Made by a program: the position numbers and the translations under genes. Below the pieces are notes generated by a model. The model worked only from the letters and a program-made list of their open reading frames with translations, had not been told where the DNA came from and searched no databases. Below are positions 53,104-64,000 of a DNA stretch of 64,000 bases, piece after piece. Every line of letters starts with the position of its first letter. The stretch's first letter is position 1. Source of the DNA: Nitrosopumilus sp. (GTDB lineage: Archaea; Thermoproteota; Nitrososphaeria; Nitrososphaerales; Nitrosopumilaceae); assembly GCA_965205675.1 (NCBI GenBank), contig OZ242186.1, forward strand, positions 1,088,001-1,152,000, written 5' to 3'.

Positions 53104-53145
53104 AATTATAGTTATAGGCTTTAAAATCTATGGCTTTGAATATTT

Positions 53146-53322
53146 TCAAATATCTTTGATCAATGATTTTATGTCAGATATTGATTTTGAGTTTAACTCA
53201 ATTTCTTTATGTTCTGCAATAACATGCTCGGTCACTTTTTCCATTAATTCCTCGTTACTTTGTGCAGTAGCTGACCATTTACAATCTTTACCTGCATCTG
53301 AGCAGCTTATACTTTTAGTCAT
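53146..53322 (-). CDS. DUF1059-like small metal-binding protein (58 aa; not in ORF track)
   Basis: SCSDAGKDC...EELM...EHVIAEH. Confidence 0.75.
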   Translation of the reverse strand: MTKSISCSDAGKDCKWSATAQSNEELMEKVTEHVIAEHKEIELNSKSISDIKSLIKDI

Positions 53323-53347
53323 AGTTATTGTAATTTTTTAGAATTAT

Positions 53348-56017
53348 TTATTTTTTCTTTGTTTTTGATTTCTTTGGTTGCTCAATTGCTGCTTGTGCTG
53401 CTGCAACGATAGCAATAGGAATTCTATGCGGAGATGCACTGACATAACTTAGACCCACATCGTGGCAAAATTTAATTGAATTAGGATCTCCTCCATGTTC
53501 TCCACAAATTCCAACTTCCATGTTTGGTCGGAGTCCTCGCCCTGCAGCAACTCCTATTTTGATTAAACTGCCTACACCGTTTACATCAATTGATTGGAAT
53601 GGATTTCTTTCGAGTAGCTCTTTTTCCATATATTCTGGGAGGAATTTTCCTTCCACGTCTTCTCTGCTGAAACTAAATGTTCCCTGTGTCAGATCATTAG
53701 TACCGAAACTAAAGAATTCTGCAGTAGTTGCAAGTTCGTTTGCAGTTAATGCGGCTCTTACCACTTCTATCATGGTTCCAAAGTTGATTTTTAATTTCAT
53801 TTTATGTTTTGTTTCTGCCTCTTTCTTGATGGTATCGTAAATTTTCTTGATATGGTTTAATTCTGCAATACTACTGATTTGCGGAATCATGATTTGTGGA
53901 TGTGTTTTAACTTTTTTCTTTGTCAATCCAACTAATGCATCAAAGACTGCACGAATTTGCATTTCATAGATTTCAGGATATGTGATTCCTACACGAACTC
54001 CCCTATGTCCCATCATCGGATTGACTTCTGCTAATTCTCTTGCTCTTTTTAAAACTATTTTTGCTTGATTAATTTCATTCGTATTCCCACTTGATTCTAA
54101 TTTCTGAATTTTTTCAACTAACTCTTCGGGATTGGGTAAGAATTCATGTAATGGCGGATCTAATAATCTGATCGTGACTTTATAACCTTCCATTGCTTTT
54201 AGAATTTCAATAAAGTCACTTTTTTGTAAGTGGCCTAGTTTTGTCAATATTTTATTTCGTTCTTTTATATTTTCAGCCATGATCATTTCTACAAACAAAT
54301 TGATTCTATCACTACCATTGAACATTCTTTCTGTTCTGCATAATCCGATTCCTTGACCTCCAAATCTTCTTGCAAGCTTTGCCCCTTCAGGAGTGTCTGC
54401 ATTTGCTCTAATTCCTATCTTCTTTGCTTTTTGAGCCCAATCTAGAATTTGTTCAAAGTCTTTTGTTACTTTTGGCTCCACTGTTGGCACTTCTCCGATG
54501 AAGACAGTACCGGCACTTCCATCTATGGTGATTGTGTCCCCTCTTTTGATAGTTATTCCATTGGCAATACACGTGTTATTATCATAATCAATTTTTAATT
54601 CTGGGCATCCTACTATGCACGGTTTTCCCATCCCTCTTGAGACTATTGCTGCATGAGATGATTTTCCTCCTAAACTAGTCAAAATCCCTTCTGATGAAAA
54701 AAATGCTGGAACATCTTCAGGTTTTGTTTCTTTTCTTACCAGGATAACTTTACTTCCTGCATCTCCTAACTCAATTGCTTTTTTAACATCAAATTCTACT
54801 ATCCCACTTGCAGCTCCTGGAGAAGCTGCAATTCCTTTTGCCAATTGTTTGTAATTTTTTATTTTTGATTCATTCATTGTTCTATGTAGCAATGCTTCTA
54901 ACTGTTGAGCAGGAATTCTTGTTAGTGCCTTGTTTTTATCAATTAATCTTTCTTTTACCATGTCAATTGATGTTTTTACTAATGCTGCGGCACTCATCTT
55001 TGCAGTTCTTGTTTGTAGCAAGTAGAATTTTCCTTGTTCGATAGTAAATTCAATATCTTGTGGTTCTCTGAAATGTTTCTCTAATTTTGCACATGCATTA
55101 CTTAGTTCCTTATGTGACTTTGGCATATCTTTTTTTAGTAATTCTATACCTTTTCCTGTTCTAACTCCTGCAACTACATCTTCTCCCTGAGCGTTTATCA
55201 GATATTCTCCTTCAATTTCTTTTTTACCATTATGACCATTTCTTGTAAATACTACTCCTGTTGCACTATCATCTCCCATATTCCCAAATACCATTGTAAC
55301 CACATTGACTGCAGTTCCATTTGCAATATCTTTTGTGATGTTATTTTTTTCACGATAGACTATTGCTCTTTCCCCCATCCAACTTTTGAAAACAGCTTCT
55401 ATTGATAATACTAGTTGTTCATCAGGAGTATCAGGAAATTTTCTTTTGGTATGTTCTTCACAGATTTTTTTGTATTCTGATACAATTGCTTTTAGAGATT
55501 CTACGTTTAGTTTACTATCATCTGAAACTCCTTGTTTAGTTTTTGCAGCATCTAGTACATGATCAAATTTTTCATCATTTACACCAAATACAACTTTTCC
55601 AAATAACTGAATAAATCTTCGATATGAATCCCATGAAAATCGTGGATTTTGTGTCTGTTCTGCAAATCCTTCCACTGTTTTTTCATTTAATCCTAGATTC
55701 AAAATAGTATCCATCATTCCAGGCATTGAGATTGCCGCACCAGAACGAACTGAAACTAGTAATGGGTTTTTTGTAGAATTCCATTTTTTACCTGTCTTTT
55801 TTTCCATTTTTACAATATTTTTCATTACGGCTGGCATGACATCTTTTGGAAGTTTTTTGTTGTTATCATAATACCTGTTACAAACTTCAGTTGTGATCGT
55901 AAATCCTGGAGGAACAGGTAGTTTTAGTCGAGTCATCTCGCTTAATCCCGCCCCTTTTCCTCCTAGAAGCATTCTTTTTTTACTATCTGCCTCTTCAAAT
56001 GCATAAACTGGTTTCAT
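53348..56017 (-). CDS. ppdK: pyruvate, phosphate dikinase
   Basis: LGGKGAGL, SVRSGA..SMPGMMDT, SHAAIVSRG, GICGEHGG. Confidence 0.97.
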   Translation of the reverse strand: MKPVYAFEEADSKKRMLLGGKGAGLSEMTRLKLPVPPGFTITTEVCNRYYDNNKKLPKDVMPAVMKNIVKMEKKTGKKWNSTKNPLLVSVRSGAAISMPGMMDTILNLGLNEKTVEGFAEQTQNPRFSWDSYRRFIQLFGKVVFGVNDEKFDHVLDAAKTKQGVSDDSKLNVESLKAIVSEYKKICEEHTKRKFPDTPDEQLVLSIEAVFKSWMGERAIVYREKNNITKDIANGTAVNVVTMVFGNMGDDSATGVVFTRNGHNGKKEIEGEYLINAQGEDVVAGVRTGKGIELLKKDMPKSHKELSNACAKLEKHFREPQDIEFTIEQGKFYLLQTRTAKMSAAALVKTSIDMVKERLIDKNKALTRIPAQQLEALLHRTMNESKIKNYKQLAKGIAASPGAASGIVEFDVKKAIELGDAGSKVILVRKETKPEDVPAFFSSEGILTSLGGKSSHAAIVSRGMGKPCIVGCPELKIDYDNNTCIANGITIKRGDTITIDGSAGTVFIGEVPTVEPKVTKDFEQILDWAQKAKKIGIRANADTPEGAKLARRFGGQGIGLCRTERMFNGSDRINLFVEMIMAENIKERNKILTKLGHLQKSDFIEILKAMEGYKVTIRLLDPPLHEFLPNPEELVEKIQKLESSGNTNEINQAKIVLKRARELAEVNPMMGHRGVRVGITYPEIYEMQIRAVFDALVGLTKKKVKTHPQIMIPQISSIAELNHIKKIYDTIKKEAETKHKMKLKINFGTMIEVVRAALTANELATTAEFFSFGTNDLTQGTFSFSREDVEGKFLPEYMEKELLERNPFQSIDVNGVGSLIKIGVAAGRGLRPNMEVGICGEHGGDPNSIKFCHDVGLSYVSASPHRIPIAIVAAAQAAIEQPKKSKTKKK

Positions 56018-56049
56018 TTTTACGATTAACCAATCTTAGAAAGGGGGTA

Positions 56050-56706
56050 TTAAACCATTGACTTGGCAAAATCAGCCATTATCTTATCCCAGTTCTTTGC
56101 CTTGATGATTCCACTTGCAACTAGAATCCCTTTAGAGCCTAATTCAATTGCTTTTGAAACATCTCGTCCTGAGACGATACCTGCACCACAAAGTAGTTTT
56201 GTACTATTTTTTGCACACTCTACGACGTTTGCAGCCTTTGAAATTAGTTCTGGCTTTTCTGTAGATACGGCTTTGCCTGATCCAATTAATTCTGGAGGTT
56301 CTATGGCTATATAATCCGGATTCAGTTTTACATACTTTTTTACTTCTGCTATATCCTTTACGCATAGAATCGATATCATTTTTAATTTTTTTAGTTTTAA
56401 AATTAATTTTGAAATTTCTTTACTTGAAATTCTATGTTCACTGTGATTGATTAAAGATCCTTTCACTTTGGATTTTTTTAACAATTCAGGTATGACAAAA
56501 CCAGTTGTATTTCCAATTTTGGAATCATCTACATGTTGAGCAAATATTGGAATTGAACTATTTGACACTAGTCCAATAAGATGCTGTGGTGGGGATATCA
56601 CTATTTTTATTTTATATTTTTTAGAGATTTTTTCTGCAGTTTTTACAAATCTAATTATTTTATCTCCTGCGATTTCTTCATAATTTTTACAATTAATGAC
56701 AAACAT
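56050..56706 (-). CDS. tpiA: triosephosphate isomerase (archaeal type)
   Basis: NHSEHR, IEPPELIG, CGAGI. Confidence 0.95.
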   Translation of the reverse strand: MFVINCKNYEEIAGDKIIRFVKTAEKISKKYKIKIVISPPQHLIGLVSNSSIPIFAQHVDDSKIGNTTGFVIPELLKKSKVKGSLINHSEHRISSKEISKLILKLKKLKMISILCVKDIAEVKKYVKLNPDYIAIEPPELIGSGKAVSTEKPELISKAANVVECAKNSTKLLCGAGIVSGRDVSKAIELGSKGILVASGIIKAKNWDKIMADFAKSMV

Positions 56707-56741
56707 CTTTCTTTGAATTTTTTTGTATTATATTTAATTCT

Positions 56742-57035
56742 TCATAAGGCATTTGCAGTTTTACTTTGCATGTCATATTTCTTTTTCATTGCTAACACTA
56801 TCATCATTAGAACAATTGCTGTAATATTTGTGCCTATGATAAATACGTCTGATACTATGACTCCATAAATTAGCCATAGTATTGCCCCTGCAGAAATAAA
56901 AATCATTAAAAACTTTGAAACATCTTTGAGACTTTTTGTTTTGTAACCTTTGTAAATTTGCTCTACCCATCCTGTGAGAATGAGAATACCTGCTGCCACT
57001 CCCAATATGGTTAAAAGGAGTCCATCAATTTCCAT
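56742..57035 (-). CDS. SemiSWEET/PQ-loop-like 3-TM transporter
   Basis: QIYKGYKTKSLKDVS, LWLIYG. Confidence 0.8.
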   Translation of the reverse strand: MEIDGLLLTILGVAAGILILTGWVEQIYKGYKTKSLKDVSKFLMIFISAGAILWLIYGVIVSDVFIIGTNITAIVLMMIVLAMKKKYDMQSKTANAL

Positions 57036-57038
57036 TCG

Positions 57039-59597
57039 CTAACCCCAAAAGAATTCATCTAATCCTGTTTGTTTTGGTTTTCCTAGCATTGTATCAAAAT
57101 CTAAATCCATTGATGCAGTGATTTGTTCTAGTGTTGATTCCATAAATTCCATATATTTTTTAGAATCAATTTCTTCTTTTTTAGCCAATTCTACAGGTTT
57201 TACTCCAGGTTTGTTTATAATTTTGATAAATGAAATTCTATCTCCCTTTTTTATTTCTCTAATGGATTCTAATTGCTTTGCAGCCCTTATGTGTTGAGGA
57301 ATTGTTTTAACATATTCTGATGGGGCTTTGCTCAACATTACATTAAAAGTCAATTCTTCTAATGGGATTTCTTTTGCTTCTACTTTTTTACCACATGTGG
57401 CAATTTTTTCAGAAATTTCTTGTTTGGCTTTTACGAAATCTTCCATTGTCTGAACTTTAGATAACACATCAATTAGTTCATAAAATAAATTTTTGATAAA
57501 TGCAGGCGTATGTGACTTTTTACCTGTAAGTCCTTTGACATCTACTTTACCTGATTTTGTTACGCCTAGATAGTTTTTCTTTCTATTGCTTAGTACACAA
57601 TATCTGTATGTCTTATCAATTTCTAGATCAACTCCGTGATCTTTTTTTGCTTGCTGTATTACCATCTGAATTTGTTCAGGGTTTGGATTTTTGATAAATA
57701 ACGAATCGGTATCCCCATACAGCACCTCTATCTTTACATCTTCACATTTTTTGATTGTCTCTAAAATGGTATGTCTTCCAATTGCAGTTGTCGCTTCTGC
57801 TACGGGTAGAAAGTATAATGGAAATATCTCTGCACCCATTACCCCGTAACTGGCATTGAGAATTACTTTAAGTGCTTGACTGACAACGGTGTATTGTTGT
57901 CTTTGATCTTCTGTTAGCGTTTCTTTCTTTGATAAACTCTTGTAGTAATTTACTCTCAAATCTCGTAATGATCCGATGATCATTGATGTTAAACCATTTT
58001 TCTTTGTACATGCCCAATGATGGGTTCCCGATATTGTGTTTTGCTTGCATTCTTCATGAACACATCTAACTGTTTCATATGATAAATTCTTGACTTTAAT
58101 TATGCTAGGATACAGACTTGCAAAATCCATCACAACAACATCAAAATGAATTCCTTCTTTTGGCTCAACTACAAGTCCTCCTCGATATTTTTTATCTTTA
58201 ATTACTGCATCAGACATTACCCCTTCTGATCTTCTCTGTAACTCTTCTCGTTTTGGAATTAAACAATTCCTTCGTCGATGTTCATAATACAATAAACTTC
58301 TAATCCATTGGGACACTCCCATTCTTGCAATATCATCAATGGGCATTCTGCCAATCCTTGCAATGATTACAAGTAAATCCATCATCAAATCTTTGTTAAA
58401 GCTTGTGAGTTCGTATGTTAGTAAAGCATCATTATAACAATAATTTGCTGTTTGATATAATGACAATTCGTCAAATTCTAAGCCATAATCTATCTTTTCT
58501 TTTCCAAGTAGTGCTTTTGAAACACTGTTCAAAGAAAAATCAGTGTATTTTTGACTGAATGCATAAATTTGAAATGATCTATTTGAAAGAACTTTGTACA
58601 AGTCAAGATGCACTCCTTCTTTGAGAGTTGCAGAATCCCTCATCATGTATAGCGGATTATCAGATTTTTTTATTCCTAATCTTTCAGCTCTGTTGTAAAG
58701 ATACGGTAAATCAAATTCATCCCCATTGTATGTTAGAACAAATGGAAATGTTTTGATTATTTCAAATGCATCATAAATCATGTCTTTTTCTTTGTCTAAT
58801 TCATAAAATATCACTTTGATGTTTTGGTCTAATTCGTTTGTTCCTTGCTCTGTATCTTTTGTTTTGAGCACAAATATTTGATCAAATCCATCAGATCCTT
58901 TCAGCCCTATGGCCGTTATTTTTTTTTCAGCAAGTTTTGGATCGGGAATTCTGCCAACCTCGGATTCTATTTCTATATCTACACCAAGTCTTTTTATTTT
59001 TGGAATTGGTTGATTTAGTAAATCGGCCCATTCTGAAATATATTTTTTAAATCCTTCAGGATCAACCATACTTTTACTATCTACTTTATCCCACAACAGA
59101 CTTTTCAATGCAAGTTTGACTTGGTCTGAAATTTCAAGATCATGTTGTTTTATTTTCCCATCTGTGATTTCATAGTATTTTCCAACAATTAATTTTCTAT
59201 CATACAAGTAATTTTCATAATATTTGATATCGGATTCCCATGTTTCAATTACATTTCTAATACTCTTCTCTCCCATAGTTCCTCCGATTGCAAGTGGATC
59301 CGTAACTGTAATTTTTGAGAGGTCTATTTCTTTGTCTTGGATTAGATCATATCTTTGAACAGTTTTAATTTCTAAAACATCTTCTCGTTCTTGCAAGAAA
59401 TCCAATTCATCTGGCGCTAATCTTGAATAGCAATAGGGCTTGTGATTTATTTCGTCTTTCCATAAAAATAATTTTTTAGTTTCTGGCTCATAAAATTTCA
59501 ACACTGCGGATTTTGAATTATTATCATATGTTGCAGATACCAACATTGAGGGAGGCATTGATTCAATTTTTTTAGATTCTGGTATGTTTACTTGCAT
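57039..59597 (-). CDS. polB: DNA polymerase family B
   Basis: DIE, YNGDEFD, DFASLYPSII, YGDTDS; no intein visible. Confidence 0.97.
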   Translation of the reverse strand: MQVNIPESKKIESMPPSMLVSATYDNNSKSAVLKFYEPETKKLFLWKDEINHKPYCYSRLAPDELDFLQEREDVLEIKTVQRYDLIQDKEIDLSKITVTDPLAIGGTMGEKSIRNVIETWESDIKYYENYLYDRKLIVGKYYEITDGKIKQHDLEISDQVKLALKSLLWDKVDSKSMVDPEGFKKYISEWADLLNQPIPKIKRLGVDIEIESEVGRIPDPKLAEKKITAIGLKGSDGFDQIFVLKTKDTEQGTNELDQNIKVIFYELDKEKDMIYDAFEIIKTFPFVLTYNGDEFDLPYLYNRAERLGIKKSDNPLYMMRDSATLKEGVHLDLYKVLSNRSFQIYAFSQKYTDFSLNSVSKALLGKEKIDYGLEFDELSLYQTANYCYNDALLTYELTSFNKDLMMDLLVIIARIGRMPIDDIARMGVSQWIRSLLYYEHRRRNCLIPKREELQRRSEGVMSDAVIKDKKYRGGLVVEPKEGIHFDVVVMDFASLYPSIIKVKNLSYETVRCVHEECKQNTISGTHHWACTKKNGLTSMIIGSLRDLRVNYYKSLSKKETLTEDQRQQYTVVSQALKVILNASYGVMGAEIFPLYFLPVAEATTAIGRHTILETIKKCEDVKIEVLYGDTDSLFIKNPNPEQIQMVIQQAKKDHGVDLEIDKTYRYCVLSNRKKNYLGVTKSGKVDVKGLTGKKSHTPAFIKNLFYELIDVLSKVQTMEDFVKAKQEISEKIATCGKKVEAKEIPLEELTFNVMLSKAPSEYVKTIPQHIRAAKQLESIREIKKGDRISFIKIINKPGVKPVELAKKEEIDSKKYMEFMESTLEQITASMDLDFDTMLGKPKQTGLDEFFWG

Positions 59598-59601
59598 TCT
59601 C

Positions 59602-60174
59602 TCACTCAGGATTCTCGTATTTACTAGCTAGTGTTTTTGCCCATTTTGTAATCTTATTTTTATCCAAATTTACAACTTTCACGCCTGCTTCTTTTAACAA
59701 ATCGTAATCTGTTTCAGGATAAGAGTCCAGACAGACAAATTTTTGGATTCCAATTGTAATTGCCATCTTTGTACATTCTAGGCATGGGACAAATGTAGTG
59801 TATAGTATGGCCCCTTTTATTCCGGCCTCTATTCCCAATATTGCACAATGCATAATTGCATTGGCTTCTGCATGATTGCAGAGACATCTATCAAGGGATG
59901 CACCTGACTCAATTTTTCCATCCATTCTAAGCTCACATCTTTTACACCCTCCTTCAAAACAATTTTTGATTCCTGGCGGGGTCCCATTATATCCTGTTGC
60001 TAACTGCCTATGATTTCTTACAATTACAGCTCCCACCTGCCTTGTCATACAATTTGAGCGAAGTTTTGCAAGTTCTGCTTGAAGCATGAAATATTCATCC
60101 CAATCGGGCCTGTCAAAAGAATCGTTCACATCAATCTTGTCTGTCTGATCAATATATGGATCACGTTGATTCAA
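59602..60174 (-). CDS. dCMP deaminase family protein
   Basis: TGYNG, HAEANAI, PCLEC. Confidence 0.92.
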   Translation of the reverse strand: MNQRDPYIDQTDKIDVNDSFDRPDWDEYFMLQAELAKLRSNCMTRQVGAVIVRNHRQLATGYNGTPPGIKNCFEGGCKRCELRMDGKIESGASLDRCLCNHAEANAIMHCAILGIEAGIKGAILYTTFVPCLECTKMAITIGIQKFVCLDSYPETDYDLLKEAGVKVVNLDKNKITKWAKTLASKYENPE

Positions 60175-60294
60175 ATTTTATATGCGATCAAGTCTGTTTT
60201 TTGTCAAATATTTTCTAAAGAAAGATATGACTGTTACATAGTATTTTGTCATACAAAAGCATAAAATCAATTAATTCCGATCTAAATATCAATA

Positions 60295-61803
60295 ATGACG
60301 GAATTTATTGAAAAAAAATATGTTAAAAAGGAATCAATTGAAAAACGAGATTACCAAATCAACTTGGCAAATCAAGCAATTGATGAAAATTGTATTGTAG
60401 TTTTACCCACGGGTCTCGGAAAGACTACTGTTGCGTTACATGTAATCTCCGAATATCTTTCTAAGGGTACTGGTGGAATATTATTTTTAGCTCCTACCAG
60501 AGTTTTAATAAATCAACATTATGAATTTTTAAAAAACAACCTACTACTAGATGATATTTCAATAATTACCGGAGAGGACCTTATTCAAAAACGAACCAAA
60601 CTATGGAATAACAGCATTGTTTGTGCCACCCCTGAAATTGCACGAAACGATCTAAATAGAGGGATTGTATCTTCTGCACAATTTACTTTGGTAATTTTTG
60701 ATGAGGTTCATAGAACTGTTGGAGATTATGCATACTCTGGAATTGCTGCGCGTTTTGAGGATTCTTCTGCTCGAATTTTAGGAATGACAGCTACTCTGCC
60801 TAGTGAAAAAGAAAAAGCAACTGAAATCTTGACAAAACTTCGTATTTCTAGTGTCGCAGAACGAACCGAAGACAGTCCCGATGTAAGACCATACACTCAA
60901 AAAACAAATACAGAATGGATTAATGTAGAACTCCCTATCGAATTGAAATCTATACAAAAATTATTGAAATTGGCCCTAGATGAAAGATATGACATTCTTA
61001 GAAAAAATGGCATACGTTTAGCTGAACAACAATCTCTTTCCGCATTGTTAAGAATTAGGCAGTTTGTGTTGAATCAAAATAGGCGCTCTGCAAAACCACT
61101 ATTTACTGCAATTAGAATTCATTATGCTTTAAATATTCTTGAAGCTCATGGCGTAACTCCTTTTCTAAAATTCTGCGATCGTGCAAAAGCAAAGAAAGGT
61201 GTCGGAATAAAAGAATTATTTGAAGTTGATCCTAATTTTACAAGAGCAATTCATCTTGCAAATGAAGCACAATCTCGCGGAATTGAACATTCCAAAATAC
61301 CTAAACTAAAAGAAATTATTGAATCGGTTCCGGGCAAGGCTTTGATTTTTACCAGTTACCGCGACTCTGTTGATTTAATACATACAAAATTAACTGAATT
61401 GGGAATTTCTGCAGGAATTTTAATTGGTAAAGCCGGCGATACAGGTTTAAAACAAAAAAAACAGATTGAGACCGTACAGAATTTTAGAGATGGAGTTTTT
61501 CGCGTATTGGTTGCCACTCGTGTTGGAGAAGAAGGATTGGATATTGCTGAGGTAAACCAAGTTATTTTTTATGACAATGTTCCTAGTTCTATTAGATTCA
61601 TTCAGAGGCGAGGAAGGACAGGTAGAAAAGACACGGGTAAATTAGTGGTTCTGATTGCAAAGAATACTATTGACGAAGCATACTATTGGATAGGTAAACG
61701 AAAAATGACTGCTGCAAAATTTATGGGAAGTAAAATGACCCAAGTTCTAGAACAAAATCAAGAAAATGAATTAAAAAAATCTAGTCTAGATGCATTTATT
61801 TAA
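60295..61803 (+). CDS. Hef/FANCM-type DEAH helicase (no nuclease domain)
   Basis: PTGLGKT, DEVH, IQRRGRTGR; C-terminal PIP-like LDAFI. Confidence 0.9.
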   Translation: MTEFIEKKYVKKESIEKRDYQINLANQAIDENCIVVLPTGLGKTTVALHVISEYLSKGTGGILFLAPTRVLINQHYEFLKNNLLLDDISIITGEDLIQKRTKLWNNSIVCATPEIARNDLNRGIVSSAQFTLVIFDEVHRTVGDYAYSGIAARFEDSSARILGMTATLPSEKEKATEILTKLRISSVAERTEDSPDVRPYTQKTNTEWINVELPIELKSIQKLLKLALDERYDILRKNGIRLAEQQSLSALLRIRQFVLNQNRRSAKPLFTAIRIHYALNILEAHGVTPFLKFCDRAKAKKGVGIKELFEVDPNFTRAIHLANEAQSRGIEHSKIPKLKEIIESVPGKALIFTSYRDSVDLIHTKLTELGISAGILIGKAGDTGLKQKKQIETVQNFRDGVFRVLVATRVGEEGLDIAEVNQVIFYDNVPSSIRFIQRRGRTGRKDTGKLVVLIAKNTIDEAYYWIGKRKMTAAKFMGSKMTQVLEQNQENELKKSSLDAFI

Positions 61804-62111
61804 TTTTTATATCGTTTAGAAAACTCACTAAAAATCTTTTGTTTTCTCTGAATTATTTTATTTTTCATACTTGATTCTAAATAATGTATGCTGCTGTTTT
61901 TTGCAACTAGTAAATTCTCCAATCTTATATCATATTGAGTTTGAAGAAAATATTCCACGTCTGAAAATCCTCCTTCTATCTCCAAGCTCTCAAATGTATC
62001 TTTTGCTAAATTATTGATTGATTTTTCAAGATATTCTAAAATTTCTTTCAGACTTTTTTCATCTAGTATCACAATTTTGCTTATATTGTATCTAAAAAAA
62101 ATGTTGTGCAT
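61800..62111 (-). CDS. hypothetical protein (start uncertain)
   Basis: QYDIRLENLLVAKNSSIH. Confidence 0.6.
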   Translation of the reverse strand: MHNIFFRYNISKIVILDEKSLKEILEYLEKSINNLAKDTFESLEIEGGFSDVEYFLQTQYDIRLENLLVAKNSSIHYLESSMKNKIIQRKQKIFSEFSKRYKN

Positions 62112-62310
62112 TTTATTTTCGTTTTTGCAGGTGTCAGATATCTTCTAATCGATTTTTCATTATTGTTTTGGAGGGATTTTTGATAAATCAAAGAAAATAA
62201 AAGATTGATTAAAAAAGAGAAAATTTTTTTATAAATAAATCAGAGGATATTTTAAAAAAATTAGTTAGAAAATTAATAATAATTTTGATAAAGTTAAAGA
62301 ATCTAAACTA

Positions 62311-62589
62311 CTATCCCAATCTCTTGATGATATGATATCCAAATTCGGATTTGATCGGTTCAGAAATTTCTCCCATCTGAAGCTTAAATGCAGCTTCTTC
62401 AAAGGGCTTTACCATCATTCCTTTTGTAAAATAGCCTAAATTTCCTTCTTTTTTTCCACTGCCGAGGTCTGTCGAGAATTCTTTGGCCAGTTTTCCAAAT
62501 TTCTCACCCTTTTTTATCTTCTCTAAAATGGTTAATGCTTCACTTTGTTTTGTTACTAGTATGTGAGAACATTTTATTTTATTTGACAT
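62311..62589 (-). CDS. parvulin peptidyl-prolyl isomerase
   Basis: CSHILV, GNLGYF..GMMVKPFE, GYHII. Confidence 0.93.
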   Translation of the reverse strand: MSNKIKCSHILVTKQSEALTILEKIKKGEKFGKLAKEFSTDLGSGKKEGNLGYFTKGMMVKPFEEAAFKLQMGEISEPIKSEFGYHIIKRLG

Positions 62590-62822
62590 TACTGATTTGA
62601 AGCTATTTCATGTCTTTATTTGTTAAGATTTTTAGAGTTTTCTAGAAATCATCAATATTTTACCTAATCTTACATCAAACTAACCATTAAAATCTCCCTT
62701 ATGCTGTATATTCTAAAGAAAATCAAGGTTCCACTGTTTTTGCATTCCAAATCAAAACATACAAGTCGTTTCTTAATAGATCTACACCTAAGATTTTTAA
62801 TCCTTGTTTTCTGCTAGATCAC

Positions 62823-63224
62823 ATGTTCTCATTTTTTACTACTAATGAAGCAAATGTCGCATTACCAGATGTAATAAAAAAATTTGAATATGCATTAGTA
62901 AAAAACACCGAAGTAAAGAAAATAGAACAAGAATTACAGATTAATGTATCTACTACAAATTCTTTTGAATCTTATGTAAATTTAAAACAAAAACTAAATT
63001 CTGCAATTACAAAATTCTATGAATCTGTTGAAATATTGGAAAATACAGGTGTTGTTGTCAAAAGCATTGAACAAGGATTGCTGGATTTTCCCTCAAAACG
63101 ATTTGATGAAGAAGTTTGGCTATGTTGGAAATATGGTGAAACTGAGATTAAATTTTGGCATGAAAAAGATTCAGGATTTATGGGTAGAAAACCAATTGAA
63201 GTTAATGATGATTCGTTGATTTAA
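62823..63224 (+). CDS. DUF2203-family protein
   Basis: GLLDFP, LCWKYGE...WH...GFMGRKPI. Confidence 0.85.
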   Translation: MFSFFTTNEANVALPDVIKKFEYALVKNTEVKKIEQELQINVSTTNSFESYVNLKQKLNSAITKFYESVEILENTGVVVKSIEQGLLDFPSKRFDEEVWLCWKYGETEIKFWHEKDSGFMGRKPIEVNDDSLI

Positions 63225-63493
63225 TTTTTTAAGAGCATGACAAAAGCAATTTGGTAAGAAACTGTTATTATTTACAGGTGATGCATCATCAATTACTTAA
63301 ATTCAATTTTGATGTTAAATGGATCTAGTTCAAATAACTAAGTGAATTTCATATTCCATTGGGGTTTATTTTCATCCACAAAACTGTAGACTAGGATACT
63401 AAAAATAACGGTTCGCTCCAGTTTGAATTTGTTCCAAATGATCAATTAATGAAATCCTCTCAAATTATTTTATAAGAAAATAAAAAAAATGGA

Positions 63494-64000
63494 CTAGAGT
63501 CCAAATGGGGTTTTTAACAAGACGCCACCGACTGGCACATTAGGTTCAGGGTTTGAATCTCCAATAGGTTCTTCAGTAATCACAATTGCATCATAAATCC
63601 AAGGATTTACCATATGTTGTGAGAACAAAAGGTTTCCATTATCATGAGATTTGCCTAAACTTAGCTTATAGCCAGAGTCCATATCGACAAGCCAACCTTC
63701 TTGAATCATTCCTGATGAAGTATTTTCGATGTAAGTAGTTACAATGACATGATCACCATCATCTACGGAAATTGAAAAAGTTCCAACAATGTTGCCGCCA
63801 AATGGAGCATCACCTGAAGGGGCAGTTAATTCACCATTCATAGAATTATCTTTCATCATTTTGTCATCCATCATGTGATCGTCTTTCATCATTTTGTCAT
63901 CCATCATGTGATCGTCTTTCATCATTTTGTCATCCATCATGTGATCGTCTTTCATCATTTTGTCATCCATCATGTGATCGTCTTTCATCATTTTGTCATC
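63494..64000 (-). CDS. Met/His/Asp repeat (MXKDX-like) protein, 5' end outside window
   Basis: 33-bp tandem repeat encoding MMKDDHMMDDK; C-terminal EGWLVD...ITEEP domain. Confidence 0.8.
   Translation of the reverse strand, partial: DDKMMKDDHMMDDKMMKDDHMMDDKMMKDDHMMDDKMMKDDHMMDDKMMKDNSMNGELTAPSGDAPFGGNIVGTFSISVDDGDHVIVTTYIENTSSGMIQEGWLVDMDSGYKLSLGKSHDNGNLLFSQHMVNPWIYDAIVITEEPIGDSNPEPNVPVGGVLLKTPFGL

Noticed and set aside
63849-64000. Possible CRISPR array
   Set aside because: Contiguous in-frame coding repeats without spacers; no cas genes and no CRISPR array anywhere in the window.

Overview
AT-rich archaeal window, very probably a Nitrosopumilus-like ammonia-oxidising thaumarchaeon. Support: rps4e-rpl5-rps14-rps8-rpl6, class I LysRS, Elp3, PolB, Hef-type helicase, futalosine-pathway MqnC/UbiD, methylmalonyl-CoA epimerase and PPDK. 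Core blocks alternate with dense, nested IS clusters (IS5 three types, IS630 three types, IS3 x2, IS110/IS1111, IS1595 and IS481 remnants, a MITE). Top finding: an apparently complete IS1111-type element (about 20050-21380) whose 3' non-coding end contains segments matching its own reconstructed target site and circle junction, i.e. a candidate archaeal bridge/seekRNA recombinase. Other notable signals: a recurrent 22-bp intergenic palindrome; two paralogous repeat proteins sharing an apparently identical 499-bp inverted core; a C13 tract in a surface protein; a HEPN-motif gene broken by MITE+IS3; an IS-flanked LIV ABC transporter lacking its binding protein; and a Met/His-rich repeat protein. 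All calls were made by eye, without database searches.
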